DNA of 63,833 nt, the filler included, from Octopus bimaculoides (lineage: Eukaryota), in assembly GCF_001194135.2 (NCBI RefSeq). It is 6 parts of 6 records of this genome, joined end to end, with 100 filler letters (N's around TTAATTAATTAA, not from the genome) between each part and the next. Parts side by side here need not be neighbours in the genome. Positions count along the whole stretch, not along the records: positions 38,661 to 51,973 come from NC_068981.1; positions 52,074 to 59,228 come from NC_068990.1; 4 more parts are not named here. One strand, given 5' to 3'. The notes below the pieces were generated by a model, which searched no databases, was not told the DNA's origin, and saw nothing but the letters and a program-made list of their open reading frames with translations. The translations under genes were made by a program, and so were the position numbers. Below, piece after piece: positions 41,510 to 53,374 of the stretch; the first letter of the stretch is position 1; the number at the start of each line of letters is the position of its first letter.

Positions 41510-43327
41510 GGTTCTAGGTGAATTCGTCTACAACAATTCGTCTACAATTCATCTACATATACAATTTATCCACAACAATTTATCTGCAGATAAAACTAGA
41601 AAGAGATATAGGGATGGCTATTAGCATTAAACGAGCACTTATAAACTTCATTTTCTTAATGACTAAACTACCACTACATGACAATTTGTTTTTCCTATAG
41701 AGAACAATAGGAATCAATAACCACATTAAAGGAAGAAATAACTAGTCTTGTAAATGAACACAATCATACAATAGATGCTGCGGAATTTGAAACTACAGAA
41801 ACTGTTATAAAAATATGGCAGATGGCGAGAACCACTAATGACACACCACAATCAATAATATCTATCGCTTTCGAAGGTTGCAATGAGGCTGCTGTGTCTA
41901 GACTCCCGTTGACGGAAGGTCTTAAAAGGACAGTACTTTTATAATGTAACAAAATAAAGCAATTCCAGCCTTAAGGACTTGCAATGAATTTTTTCGGACG
42001 AATATGCAAAATCCTTTACAGGTGAGACATTCTTAATATATGATTCAGGTCAGTGATAAACGCATGCTAATTTTTGCTACTAAACATAGCCTTCATTTAC
42101 TTTCACAAACAAAGTAATCAATGGTTTGCTGATGATGCATTCATGATAGTTCCATTGTTGTTTCACCAGCTCTATATTTCGCATGGATTAAGAGAAAAAG
42201 CTGCAGTGCCGCTGGTGTTTGCGTTATCACCCAACAAATGTGAGGAAACCTATAGTCAGCTTTTACAGAAAATAATAAATTTAGAGTCATCCTGTGCACC
42301 GTTAACTGTAGCGATAGACTTCGAAAAGGCTATGCAAAATGCATTTCTCTAAGTAATTTCCAAATGTAAAACTCAAAGGGTGTTTTTTTTTTTTTCACTT
42401 CTTTCAACGTGTATTCAGTTCAGTTCAAAGAAATGGTTTCCAGAGATTATACGAAACAAATTCTGAATTTGCTTTGAGACTTCAGATGTTGTCAGCCATA
42501 GTATTTGTTCCAGTTGAAAAAGTGACTGAGACATTTGAAACATGCGATAATAATATTTTTCCTGATGAAGCTCAAGATGTAATAGATTATTTTGAGGACG
42601 CATGGATCGTCCGCCCTGGAAGAAGAAATATGCGAAGGCCTCCTATCTTTGCTCATGAAATATGCAATGTTTATGATGAGGCTTTGCAAAATTTACCAAA
42701 AACAAATAATGCAGTAGAAGGATGGCATAGGGCTTTCCAGGTCCAAGTAGCTGCTCACTATCCAAATATATGGAAATTCATTGATTGTCTTAAAAAGGGA
42801 CAAAATTCTAATGAGGCTCAAATAGAACAATATGTCTCTTGAAGTTTACCCTGAAACTACAAAAAAGTACTACCGTGATACTACTAAACGTATTAAAAGA
42901 CTAGTGGAAAATTTCAGCTGTACAAATATCTGTGATTATATTCGTGGAATAGCACATAACCTTTCTTTTTGAATCTTTCTTTTTTTTTTTTGAGAAAAGG
43001 TTTTTCATTTCTTTTTCGTTTTGTATCTTTTTAGCTTCGACAGCAATCTTATTGTGTCTTTATTTAATGAAGAATTTTATTTTGTAACTAACTACAAAAC
43101 CTGTCTTTTTTTTACCTTTTAGTTAGATAGCCTTTAAGTTTTTTAAAGTTCAACACCTTCAAAGATGTCTCGAAAATAAATTTGTCTCTAAAATAAATTT
43201 TATTTGCATTATTTTACATTTTTTATAAGCTTGTAGATGAATTGTATCCGTAGATAAATTACTGTACATGAATTGTTGTAGATGAATTGTTGTAGACGAA
43301 TTGTTGTAGACAAATTCGTGGGATACT
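41510..43327 (+). mobile_element. Mutator-like (MULE) transposon, degenerate transposase, repeat-rich TIRs, 9-bp TSD
   Basis: WFAD...HQLY...IDFEKAMQNAF...GCFFHF...DYFE..W...TNNAVEGWH. TSD GTCCAACAC (41501-41509) / ATCCAACAC (43328-43336). The TIRs contain tandem ~14-bp AATTCGTCTACAAC units. Confidence 0.9.
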
Positions 43328-43432
43328 ATCCAACACACCAGTGGCATAGGCTTAGTCTAAATACTGATCTGTCTCTGGCACTGAGGATGGGCTGATGTTT
43401 TCCGTTATCTTCAGAGCAGTGATTAGTGATGC

Positions 43433-43690
43433 TAGGCTGGCAGAAACGTTAGCACACCGGACGAAATGCTTAACGTCGAGCTGGCAGAAGCGTTAGCATG
43501 CCGGGCGAAATACTTTGCGGTATTTCGTCTGCCGTTACGTTCTGAGTTCAAATTCCGCCGAGGTCGACTTTGCTTTTCATCCTTTCGAGGTCGATAAATT
43601 AAGTACCAGTTGCGTACTGGGGTCGATCTAATCGACTGCCCCCCTCCCCAAAACTTTCGGGCCTTGTGCCTTGAGTGGAAAAGATTAGTG
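43433..43690 (+). mobile_element. SINE family C with a duplicated 5' head
   Basis: ctggcagaaacgttagc...gaaatgct is followed by a second gagctggcagaagcgttagc head and a complete body. Confidence 0.88.
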
Positions 43691-45034
43691 GTGCTAGGGA
43701 AGCTGTACTTCCCGGGACTTGTAAAAACATTTTCTAGGCGTATAAAAAGTAACCTCTTAAAGCAGATCTTTTCTAAACCAAATAATGGATGAGACGTTCA
43801 AAATTTTCGAAGTATCTGTTTGAAAATTATCCAAAGAAAGAAAACTTTTCACTCAGTTCAACTTAATAACACGACACTTTAAGAACGGTTTGACAGCTGT
43901 CTTTTTTTCTGCCTTTTCAGCTCAGCAGAAAATAGTCAAGTGGATTTTACTTCCACATGTATAATACTTACACTTTCTGCTTTATATCACCAGTCATATC
44001 TACTTTCTTTCAGTCTCTCCTAGGGGCACAACTCCGAGAGTGTTCTGTGCTCTTCGAGAGAGAGGATCATCAGAACCTGCATGTCCCAGCAGAATCTGCC
44101 CCCGACTAGGAGTCAGTCCACATCAACTTGTCATAATATTCTGCAAAAGTGACGATGAGACACCGGCCAACATCGGCACCAGTTTCCCTTGCTATAGTTC
44201 CTTTATTATGTTAATTACGATACTCATCTATAAGCAGATGTGCGGTGCACCAGTTTGACCTTTCTTAATACATTTTCAATTAGGAAAGTTATTTGCCACG
44301 ACGCTAAGAATAGAAGATAAATCTATTCATATGTTGTCTCGGTTCTCTTACAACAGTTCTTTTGAGGCCATAGCAAATCCTTTTAGGCCTTCACAAAACA
44401 GAAATATGACACTTTTCTTTTTGCTTGATCTTCAGTAAAGATACAAATTCTTTTGTTATACGCGGCTGTCACGCTTCATTCTGTGACAAGATTAGATCCA
44501 TGCCTAAAGTCACTTGTTGACCTATAATTGTAGCAAAGGAATTGACATTCATTTCTTGTTAATATTGTACATAATTTTGTTGGTTTTGCCGATAATACTC
44601 TCTTATATCGTACATAATTGTTTTGGAGAATCAACTTGCGAGTGTTTGTGCTTGCAATAATTGTTTCAAATGTTATTTCTTCCTGTTTATACCTTCAATA
44701 TGTTTATCTTAAAATTTTAAAATTTCTTTCGTTTACTTGAAAATTATTTTATATTTTTTGAGGCGAGTATCTTTGGTGCCACTTTCTTTCTTGTAAACAC
44801 TCCTGCTGTTCCGAAAGGTGAGGAAACATTATTGGAAAAACTAAACGTAAACACAGGAAAATTTTTCAAATAAATCTTGTCTAAAGAAAACAGCTATTTT
44901 TTCATCCCAAGTACATGGATGAGCGTCCAAAATTTTCGAAGTCCCCTCTTTGCAATATAATGCAAAACAAAAATGATTCCTCCGGTAAGACTTTAATGTT
45001 GAAGTACTTTCAGAACAGTTCGACAACACATCTG

Positions 45035-45212
45035 TTCACAAGGAGACTAATCGATTACATCGACTCCAGTGTTTCACTGGTACTTGATTTATCTACACTG
45101 AAAGGATGAAAGGCAATGTCGACCTTGGTGGAATTTGAACTCAGAATGTAAAAACAGACACAGTGCCGCAAAGCATTTTGCCCAGCATGCTAACGATTCT
45201 GCCAGCTCGCAG
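45035..45212 (-). mobile_element. SINE family C
   Basis: atcgattacatcgactccagt...aaggatgaaaggc...tgctaacgattctgccagctcgc. Confidence 0.85.
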
Positions 45213-46277
45213 ACTGGAGGAGGAGGAGGTAACAATATCGACGACGATGATTATGACGATGATATTTATTTATCATAAGAGCAACAGATGGAAAGCATAA
45301 AAATATTCCCGTTAACAAAAATAAAAGTCATTTATCTGAGGTGTTGATCAAATTGAATGAAAAAGAATTATTTCAGTGAAAAAAAGATTATCAATGTGGA
45401 ATTAATATATTTGGGATTGGAGCGAAATTAGATTGTAGTACCGAATGACATTAATAAAAATGAAAGACATGTTGCTTTTCTCATTTATTTTTAATGTTTT
45501 CTTTTATTTATTTACCTTTTGTTTGTTTCCCTTTTCTTTTGGTTTTACGACAGGTATCTTTCGATAAGATTAGCAGCGCGTAAAATATTCAAACTTTATA
45601 TATAGTTGTTCGCTTTATAATCTTATTGTGATAACATTATATAGCAATGATTGTGTGAGAACGTGAGTGCGTGAACGATAAAATGATAGAGTTGTATAAC
45701 ACAGTTAGCTGTCGAGGTGCCGTTTACAGATTTCATTTCTGTGTATCAATAATAAAACATCCTATTGAAGTCCACCTCTCAAAAGGAGTCCACCTCTACT
45801 TACAAAAGGAGTTAAACTCAGCTCTGCGAACTAACAAAACAGTCGTCATTTTTCTAGTAATGGTGCTACTTACTGTAGTAAGCAGTTTTAATTGTTCGAT
45901 ACTATATTACAGTTCAGAGAATGTTGTGACACTTCTTCATGCTCTCAGCTGCCTCCCCATTGCCCGCTGCTCGTTAGGCTCAGAAAATATCCGTCAAAGT
46001 ATTGGTCTCTCTCTCACAGGTTTATGGTTGAGCTTGTGGCAGTTGAGACTTCCGATGTTCTTGGCCCCCGGACCATATCCCTACTTTTATACATATTGTA
46101 TAAAAGTAGTGGAAGTTTTTCAGGGTTATATATATATATATATATACTTATATAAAGGGCATTATTACAGAAAATAATAACGCCACACGGTGGACTTCTC
46201 AAAATAACCACATTTAGTACCTAATGCGAGGAAAAACAACCAACAGAAGACGACCAACTTTCTTTTAAATAAACTTA

Positions 46278-46339
46278 ACTGTGTATCGGCCGATTTCGCG
46301 ATTACTAGAATGAATCTAGATTTCGTTCATCAGCACAGT
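46278..46339 (-). ncRNA. Type I hammerhead ribozyme motif (compact)
   Basis: ACUGUG-CUGAUGA-[stem II]-GAAA-UCGGCCGAU-A-CACAGU. It has a 6-bp stem I, intact core, palindromic stem III (AUCGGCCGAU) and AUA cleavage triplet. The closing pair of stem II is an A-C mismatch. Confidence 0.65.
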
Positions 46340-47342
46340 ATTGTCCCAAAAATATATATAAATAAACAGAATTCTCACCTCACCAAAAACGAACACACTA
46401 CGTATCCGACAGAGTAAAGGGAATGAAGTTTATTTGTATATATCTTTATCAAAGAAGCGGGAATACTTCCGGGTTGCTTCTGGGTATCCATGGGGAGANN
46501 NNNNNNNNNNNNNNNNNNNNNNNNNNNNNNNNNNNNNNNNNNNNNNNNNNNNNNNNNNNNNNNNNNNNNNNNNNNNNNNNNNNNNNNNNNNNNNNNNNNN
46601 NNNNNNNNNNNNNNNNNNNNNNNNNNNNNNNNNNNNNNNNNNNNNNNNNNNNNNNNNNNNNNNNNNNNNNNNNNNNNNNNNNNNNNNNNNNNNNNNNNNN
46701 NNNNNNNNNNNNNNNNNNNNNNNNNNNNNNNNNNNNNNNNNNNNNNNNNNNNNNNNNNNNNNNNNNNNNNNNNNNNNNNNNNNNNNNNNNNNNNNNNNNN
46801 NNNNNNNNNNNNNNNNNNNNNNNNNNNNNNNNNNNNNNNNNNNNNNNNNNNNNNNNNNNNNNNNNNNNNNNNNNNNNNNNNNNNNNNNNNNNNNNNNNNN
46901 NNNNNNNNNNNNNNNNNNNNNNNNNNNNNNNNNNNNNNNNNNNNNNNNNNNNNNNNNNNNNNNNNNNNNNNNNNNNNNNNNNNNNNNNNNNNNNNNNNNN
47001 NNNNNNNNNNNNNNNNNNNNNNNNNNNNNNNNNNNNNNNNNNNNNNNNNNNNNNNNNNNNNNNNNNNNNNNNNNNNNNNNNNNNNNNNNNNNNNNNNNNN
47101 NNNNNNNNNNNNNNNNNNNNNNNNNNNNNNNNNNNNNNNNNNNNNNNNNNNNNNNNNNNNNNNNNNNNNNNNNNNNNNNNNNNNNNNNNNNNNNNNNNNN
47201 NNNNNNNNNNNNNNNNNNNNNNNNNNNNNNNNNNNNNNNNNNNNNNNNNNNNNNNNNNNNNNNNNNNNNNNNNNNNNNNNNNNNNNNNNNNNNNNNNNNN
47301 NNNNNNNNNNNNNNNNNNNNNNNNNNNNNNNNNNNNNNNNNN

Positions 47343-47352
47343 NNNNNNNNNN

Positions 47353-47409
<57 letters not shown>

Positions 47410-47645
47410 TACATATATGTGTGTGTATGTATGTGTGTGTATGTTTGTGTGTTTGTGTTTGTCCCCCACAATCGCTTGACAATCGGTGTTGGTGTATTTA
47501 CGTCCCCGTAACTTAGCGGTTCGGCAATATAGACCGATAGAATAAGTACTAGGCTTATAAAGAAGTCCTGGAGTCGATTTGTTCGGCTAAAGGTGGTGCT
47601 CCAGTATGACTGTAGTTAAATGACTGAAACAAGTAAAAGAATAAA
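47343..47645 (+). mobile_element. SINE family A 3' half
   Basis: (AT)n(GT)n-gtcccccacaatcgcttgac...gactgaaacaagtaaaag. Confidence 0.88.
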
Positions 47646-47912
47646 AGCATGTATATATATATATAATGAATGTATATTCATATTGTATATGTATTCATAT
47701 AAACATATTTACATCTATATGAATATAGATATGTTCATATATAATTCATATAAATACATACACACACACGTACATGTGTGTGTGCGTGCGTGTGTGAATA
47801 ATTATGTATATGTGTATGTGTCCATACAAGTTAAAGAATTTATAACTCATAAGCACCTAATTATTAAACTGGAAAAATTATCAGAGAAACCATTTTTATT
47901 CATTTCTTTTTC

Positions 47913-47945
<33 letters not shown>

Positions 47946-48265
47946 CACGTCTATATGAGTTAGAGGTTAGACAACCATCTAAGGGATAAAAAATATCCAG
48001 TATACTACTGGATATACATATATGTATTTATATCCAAATGCTTACTGTTGTAAGGCAAAGGCAATAGTACAATTGAACAATAGGTATGAGTGGAGGTAAA
48101 CAAAAGTTTACCCAGAATTTATAAGGCAGAGAAGAAAATGGAGAAGATAATTAGTTGACAAACATCTGTCTACAGACATCAATTAGATGTATTTATTAAT
48201 TACAATCATATGGATAAATAAATAAATAAATAAATAAATAAGAATAAATGAGTGAATAGAACTCT

Positions 48266-48409
48266 ACTCTTACAGCTGTTTCTGCTTTGGGGGTCCAGCA
48301 TGCCAAAGTTGGTACATCATACCAATATTATACAGAGATTGTACAAAAGTTAAACAAACGTTGGACAGAAGCTGGACAATAACTGAGCCCCGAAGCTTCA
48401 TCAGAGAGT
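48266..48409 (-). ncRNA. Type I hammerhead ribozyme motif with a long structured stem II insertion
   Basis: ACUCU-CUGAUGA-A-GCUUCGGGG...(~95 nt)...CCCCAAAGC-A-GAAA-CAGCUGU-A-AGAGU; palindromic stem III ACAGCUGU, GUA triplet. Confidence 0.55.
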
Positions 48410-49062
48410 CCATAATGGTAAGAATCAACCATAATGGTAAGAATCAACCATGTAAAAAAATTAAAATAAAATAATAAAATAATAAAAATAGTAAGAAATG
48501 ATAAAAAAGTAAATTCCAAGATAATATCCAGAGGTTGTGAGACTACATCTTATTTCAAATATACATACATACATACATACATATGTACGTACGTATGTAA
48601 GTATGTATGTATGTATGTATGTATACACACAATAAACACACATACACACAAACGGGCATGTTTGAAAAGGATATGTTTCAAATATTTTTATTTAGCTGAC
48701 ATATCTCTGGATTATATAAGTAAGACCGTTCTAAATCCTTACAGCTCTGTTACGGCTCATTGTCACCCCTTCGCTATTCCATTCCCTTCTCATTGCTTCT
48801 CTCACACACTCACATACATTTATCACTCTTCCACACGTATCCTAAAGACATCGGTAATGGAAGATGTCATAACGGCAATAATGCGATAAATATGTAAATG
48901 TACATGTGTATCAGTGTGTGATGTAGGCTAATATATTCGACAGCCAAAATGGAACCAAAATCTGTTTCTGATTTAAATTAATGTCGCCTTCTTCTGGTAC
49001 ACTTGGCTACAGGGAGGGATGTCCGTACGCCAATCAGCATGGCTGGATCTACATAAACTTAC

Positions 49063-49103
49063 ATTTCTTTAAGCCGTTCACTTCTGACGATGGGCTTTTG
49101 TGT
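49063..49103 (-). other. Candidate 41-nt exon (HKSPSSEVNGLKK or TQKPIVRSERLKE)
   Basis: cttttatatatttcAG acceptor, AAT|GTAAGT donor; two frames open. Confidence 0.25.
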
Positions 49104-50104
49104 CTGAAATATATAAAAGTCACTTAACTTTTCCTTTCCACTTTGTTAGAAGCTCTTCGCCTTCATTATTTGTCATTTTACTTCTGTGTCACAATGCTTC
49201 AAGCAAACTACAACGTTGTTATTATTATTATGTCTGGGATATTTTTGAAACTAAAACGCTACAAAAACAGCCTGCGATATTCTAACACTAAACTTAACTT
49301 TAAATCTAATCCTGCCTAATTCGCACTGGTTTGTTATTTCGACTATATAATGTTGGTGTTTCTTTTTTTCCTTTTAAGTTAGGGGGTAAAGAAGTGTCCA
49401 TGACACTTTACACGGCCTCCAAGAATGGTGGGAAGTAGAATAGAAGTTATCATCAAACTGGAGGTCTGACCCGAATGATTGTAGCAGAGTGGGATCTGCT
49501 AATGGTTCTCAAGATGCCAGTGGGTGTAGTTAAACTGAGTGACCAGCTTAAGTCAACCACCCAAATAAATCATGGCTGTATTTGAACTCATTACGCAAAG
49601 AGCTGGAATCAATACAACAAGGCATCCGATCTGATTTTTACAGTTCTGCCAACTTGCTATCCCGGATTGGTGCTTTTCTTCATCAGTCCCGAAAAGCTGT
49701 AAGATAATATTGATCTCAGTGGCTTTTGAACTGAGTGCCTGGACGAAAAGCACGAAGCATTCTAGCCAACTATCTAACGGTTCTACCAAAGAAAAGTGTT
49801 TCCTAGTTGCGGGTTTTAGTCCTTTCAAGACGAAATTATAATCAAGTTTTCCTGAAGTTTAAAATTCAGCTACACTTTTCAAAGCTACGGCAATGGTGGA
49901 AGTAATCAAACTTAATGAATTAAACTGACTAGTTGTTCTCTCTATGGAACAAACATTAGTTTGTTATTGGTGCTTTTCTGACTAAATGAACTGAAAGAAG
50001 TAAAATACAGTGCCCTTCCGCCAAGGGAGCTGACACAAATACTGGACCGACTTCAGTATATTATTTGTGCATAGATAATCTCATATATCTACCGAAGGAA
50101 GTCT

Positions 50105-50330
50105 CTATGTCGTCACTGGACCGTCGAGAAATAACAGACAGGTCTCCCTCAACATTTACACCAATCGTCTTAAACAACGAACGGTGTATTGGATAATGTG
50201 GACGTAAACTTCAAAAAAGACGGGGTCGTCACAACTGGAATGTCTTTGAACGCAAGTCCGTAGTATGCTGACCTGGACTAAGAACGACGACGACGACGAT
50301 GATGATGATGATGATGATGATTATAATGAT
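50105..50330 (+). mobile_element. Old dispersed repeat (family E) ending in (GAC/GAT)n
   Basis: Loosely related segments at 51340-51480 and 56970-57030 (aaatagcagccaa motif). Family identity is from recall. Confidence 0.4.
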
Positions 50331-50814
50331 GATGGTATCACTAAAAAAAGACGACACGACTACGAAGATGCACTAGTTTAATTCTGAATATAGCAGAATG
50401 TGATAATTATTTCATACACAAATAGTAAGTTGATAAAAAAAAAAAAACTATAAAAACAGTATCCATCGGATACAAATTAAATGATATAATTAAAAACTAT
50501 AATTTTGAACTTACTAATCGAAGAATTTATGTAGTTAATCTAAATACTTAACCGATAGGAATTAGTAGTATGAGTTAGATTTAGTACTCGACTATTTCTC
50601 ACTGTTCATCTAAAATTACATTCACCTAGAATATACGGAAAATATCAAATTTACCAGTACAATGTCACTGCATTGCTATAGTTCATTATTTAACATTGAG
50701 AAATAGATACAGCCCTTGTCATTTTTTTGCTTTTTGTTTTTGCTTTCCATTCACACAGTACTGTTACACAGTAGTTAATGTACATGTACAGTTTTAGCAT
50801 GGTTTCGAGAATTA

Positions 50815-51015
50815 GAGCGGCGATTTGGCAGGATCGTTAGTGCGCCGAAAAATGCTTGGCGGTATTTTGTCCGTTTTTACATTCTTAGTTCAAAATTCGT
50901 CGGGGTTGATATCTCCCTTCATCCTTTCTGGTCAATGAAATAAATAGCTATCAGTTCAGGAATGAAGTCAATACAATCGAAACTTTCAGACCTTGTGCCT
51001 ATAGTAGAAAGGGTT
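50815..51015 (+). mobile_element. SINE family C, diverged
   Basis: gcggcgatttggcaggatcgttag...ttcatcctttctgg...ccttgtgcctatagtagaaag. Confidence 0.7.
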
Positions 51016-51920
51016 ATGGTTTCGAGAGTTACAGATGAGCGAGATGAGAAATTATGAAGCAATCAGCCAATGGAAAGGTGATTTTTATTCTGCAGTCGTT
51101 GCGGCACTCTGTTCCAAATCATGTAATGGAATCTTAGTATCACAGAGTGGAATGGCTCCCAGAAGTAAACCAGTCAATTGTAACACTATACAAATAATGA
51201 ATATTTCCTGAGTTTGCTTTGAACGAGTTCTTTTAAACGCTTGGACCATGACAGAAGAGTTACAAACCATCAATTCGCAATAAAGTCAGTATGGAATTAT
51301 TGAAAATTCGTTAATGAATCAAAAGGGAACATCAACGTAATTACTTGACCTACAAAAAATAGCAGCCAAGTTAACTTCATATCACACAGGTCACATTTAG
51401 TGATGCAGTCATAGACAGACTGAAAAAATAGAGACTCGATTGTCAAGATACAATGCCTTTGATCATAAGTTTGTCATTATACAATAATTAAAGTGTTAAA
51501 CTATATGTAACATTTTGGAACATCTTGTTCTTTAGAACCACAGAAATTCATAGAGTAAGAAAAACAAAACTGCCAACTTTTCTACCTGACGTTTTTCTAT
51601 GTGACTGCAGTCCCGCCACTGTGGAATCCGTTGTCGTCAGAATGAAATAGAATAATATTAGGAAGAGAAATGTATAAGACTTGGTAGACAGATGCCAGAT
51701 GTTGGTTACAATAATAATGCTTATCGTGGTTCTCTTACGCAACACAGATAACCGAATCTATTTACACAATTCATATTTCGTCATAGCAATATGGATCGTG
51801 TGTGCAGATATGTAGGCACACATTTATAACGTATAACCATACACACATACTCACACGCACATGCACGCACATACACACACACTCTCTCTCTTTCTCTTTC
51901 TCTCCATATACATATATATA

Positions 51921-51973
<53 letters not shown>

Positions 51974-52073
51974 NNNNNNNNNNNNNNNNNNNNNNNNNNN
52001 NNNNNNNNNNNNNNNNNTTAATTAATTAANNNNNNNNNNNNNNNNNNNNNNNNNNNNNNNNNNNNNNNNNNNN
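51974..52073. other. Artificial scaffold linker
   Basis: 44N-TTAATTAATTAA-44N. Confidence 0.95.
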
Positions 52074-52453
52074 TCAACACCCACAATCTTAGTCCTTTTT
52101 TTCTCCTTTCGTTTTTCTTGTCTAACTAAACAGTAACTTAAAAGCAACAAAATAGAAAACAGAAAAAAAAATGCCTCCCATCCCACCCAATTTTCTGGAG
52201 TACATGATATGTTTTTAACAATCAACCACAATCATATCCCTAAATCGGGATTGCTAACATAGAGTAGTAGTAGTAGTCATTGTTTACTTTGGCCGATATT
52301 GGAGACAAGCTTTTAATAATCCAAGCCTGGACGCTCCTTTCACTCCTCCTCCCATCATCCTTCACGTGAAGTTTATGTTTAGCAAGTACACTGTTTGCCT
52401 TTAATTTCTCTATTGTTTATACAGTTTTGCTTGGATTGTAAACNNNNNNNNNN

Positions 52454-53172
52454 TAACACACTGCCTAAATACCAATCTTGAGAAATTAAGCTTCTCAAAA
52501 CCAAGGATAAAGTTAATTCGAAGACTGCAGATCCAATCCATCACCGGAACTGTAAAAGTTTATCATTTAAATATATATGGGCATGTCTACATACGCAACT
52601 ATATGCATGAGAATACTTACATATAACATACAAATCTGCACCTACATACATACATACATACATACATACAAACAAACAAAAAAAACCTGTTGTTGATGTT
52701 GAAATTCCCATGAAGGAGCCTCAGATCTAGGTTCTTTCTCTCTTGGCAAGAAATCCTGAAATAAACTGAATAATGACACTCATACATACAATACACTTCC
52801 TAAATACCAATCTTGGAGAAATTAGGCTTCTCAAAACCAGAAAGGAGAAAGATAATTCGAAGACTACAGATCCAATCCATCACTGAAACTGTAAAAATCT
52901 GTAGAACTTTCCAGAAGTTTATCATTTGAATATATATGAGCATGTCTAAATATGCAACTATATGCATGAGAATACATACATAAAACAAAACATACAAATC
53001 TGCATATATACACACATACATCCAAACAAAAATATGCTGTTGATGATGTTGAAATTCCTATGAAGGAGGTTTGGATCTAGGTTAGAAACCGGCTCTTTCT
53101 CTACTGGCAAGATATCTTGAAATAAAACTGATCCATAACATACATACTGGTTAGAATAAATTGAAATAAAAC
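52454..53172 (+). mobile_element. Two tandem 3' ends of the R4/Dong-like family seen at 4560-5575
   Basis: Both copies begin near acact(g/t)cctaaataccaatcttg (52454, ~52792) and carry the gttgatgttgaaattcc...gaaataaaactga UTR. Confidence 0.85.
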
Positions 53173-53209
53173 TGAACGACACACATATATACCTACGTAT
53201 GTGTGTGTG

Positions 53210-53241
<32 letters not shown>

Positions 53242-53323
53242 TGTATGTATACACACACATATACCTGTCATTGTACATTTTATGCATACACTCATACACT
53301 TGCTTATATATAAACATATATAT

Positions 53324-53374
<51 letters not shown>

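Noticed and set aside
41515-41590. CRISPR-like or regulatory array of ~14-bp repeats
   Set aside because: No spacers; these are Mutator subterminal repeats mirrored at 43230-43320.
44020-44080. Minus-strand CTGATGA followed by a short stem
   Set aside because: No canonical GAAA and no stem I pairing; at most an unrecognisable relic.
45671-46177. 168-aa plus-strand ORF
   Set aside because: GTG start, no recognisable domain or splice context, and it ends in an (AT)n repeat.
46284-48271. Two co-oriented hammerheads ~2 kb apart as one retrozyme monomer
   Set aside because: Their stems and flanks share no sequence similarity, and a SINE and a gap lie between them; retrozyme monomers are bounded by homologous ribozymes.
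49078-49122. Plus-strand hammerhead-like motif TCACTT-CTGACGA-TGGGC..GTCT-GAAA-TATATA-AAGTCA
   Set aside because: Stem II relies on wobbles, stem I has a mismatch and there is an extra A at the cleavage site. The 3' half is as well explained as the polypyrimidine tract of the opposite-strand exon candidate 49063-49103.
53055-53100. ATGAAGGAG..CT..AGGTT-AGAAACCGG motif in the Dong-family 3' UTR (also near 4621 and 52708)
   Set aside because: Resembles a hammerhead, but C3 and A9 are substituted in all copies and stem I does not form.
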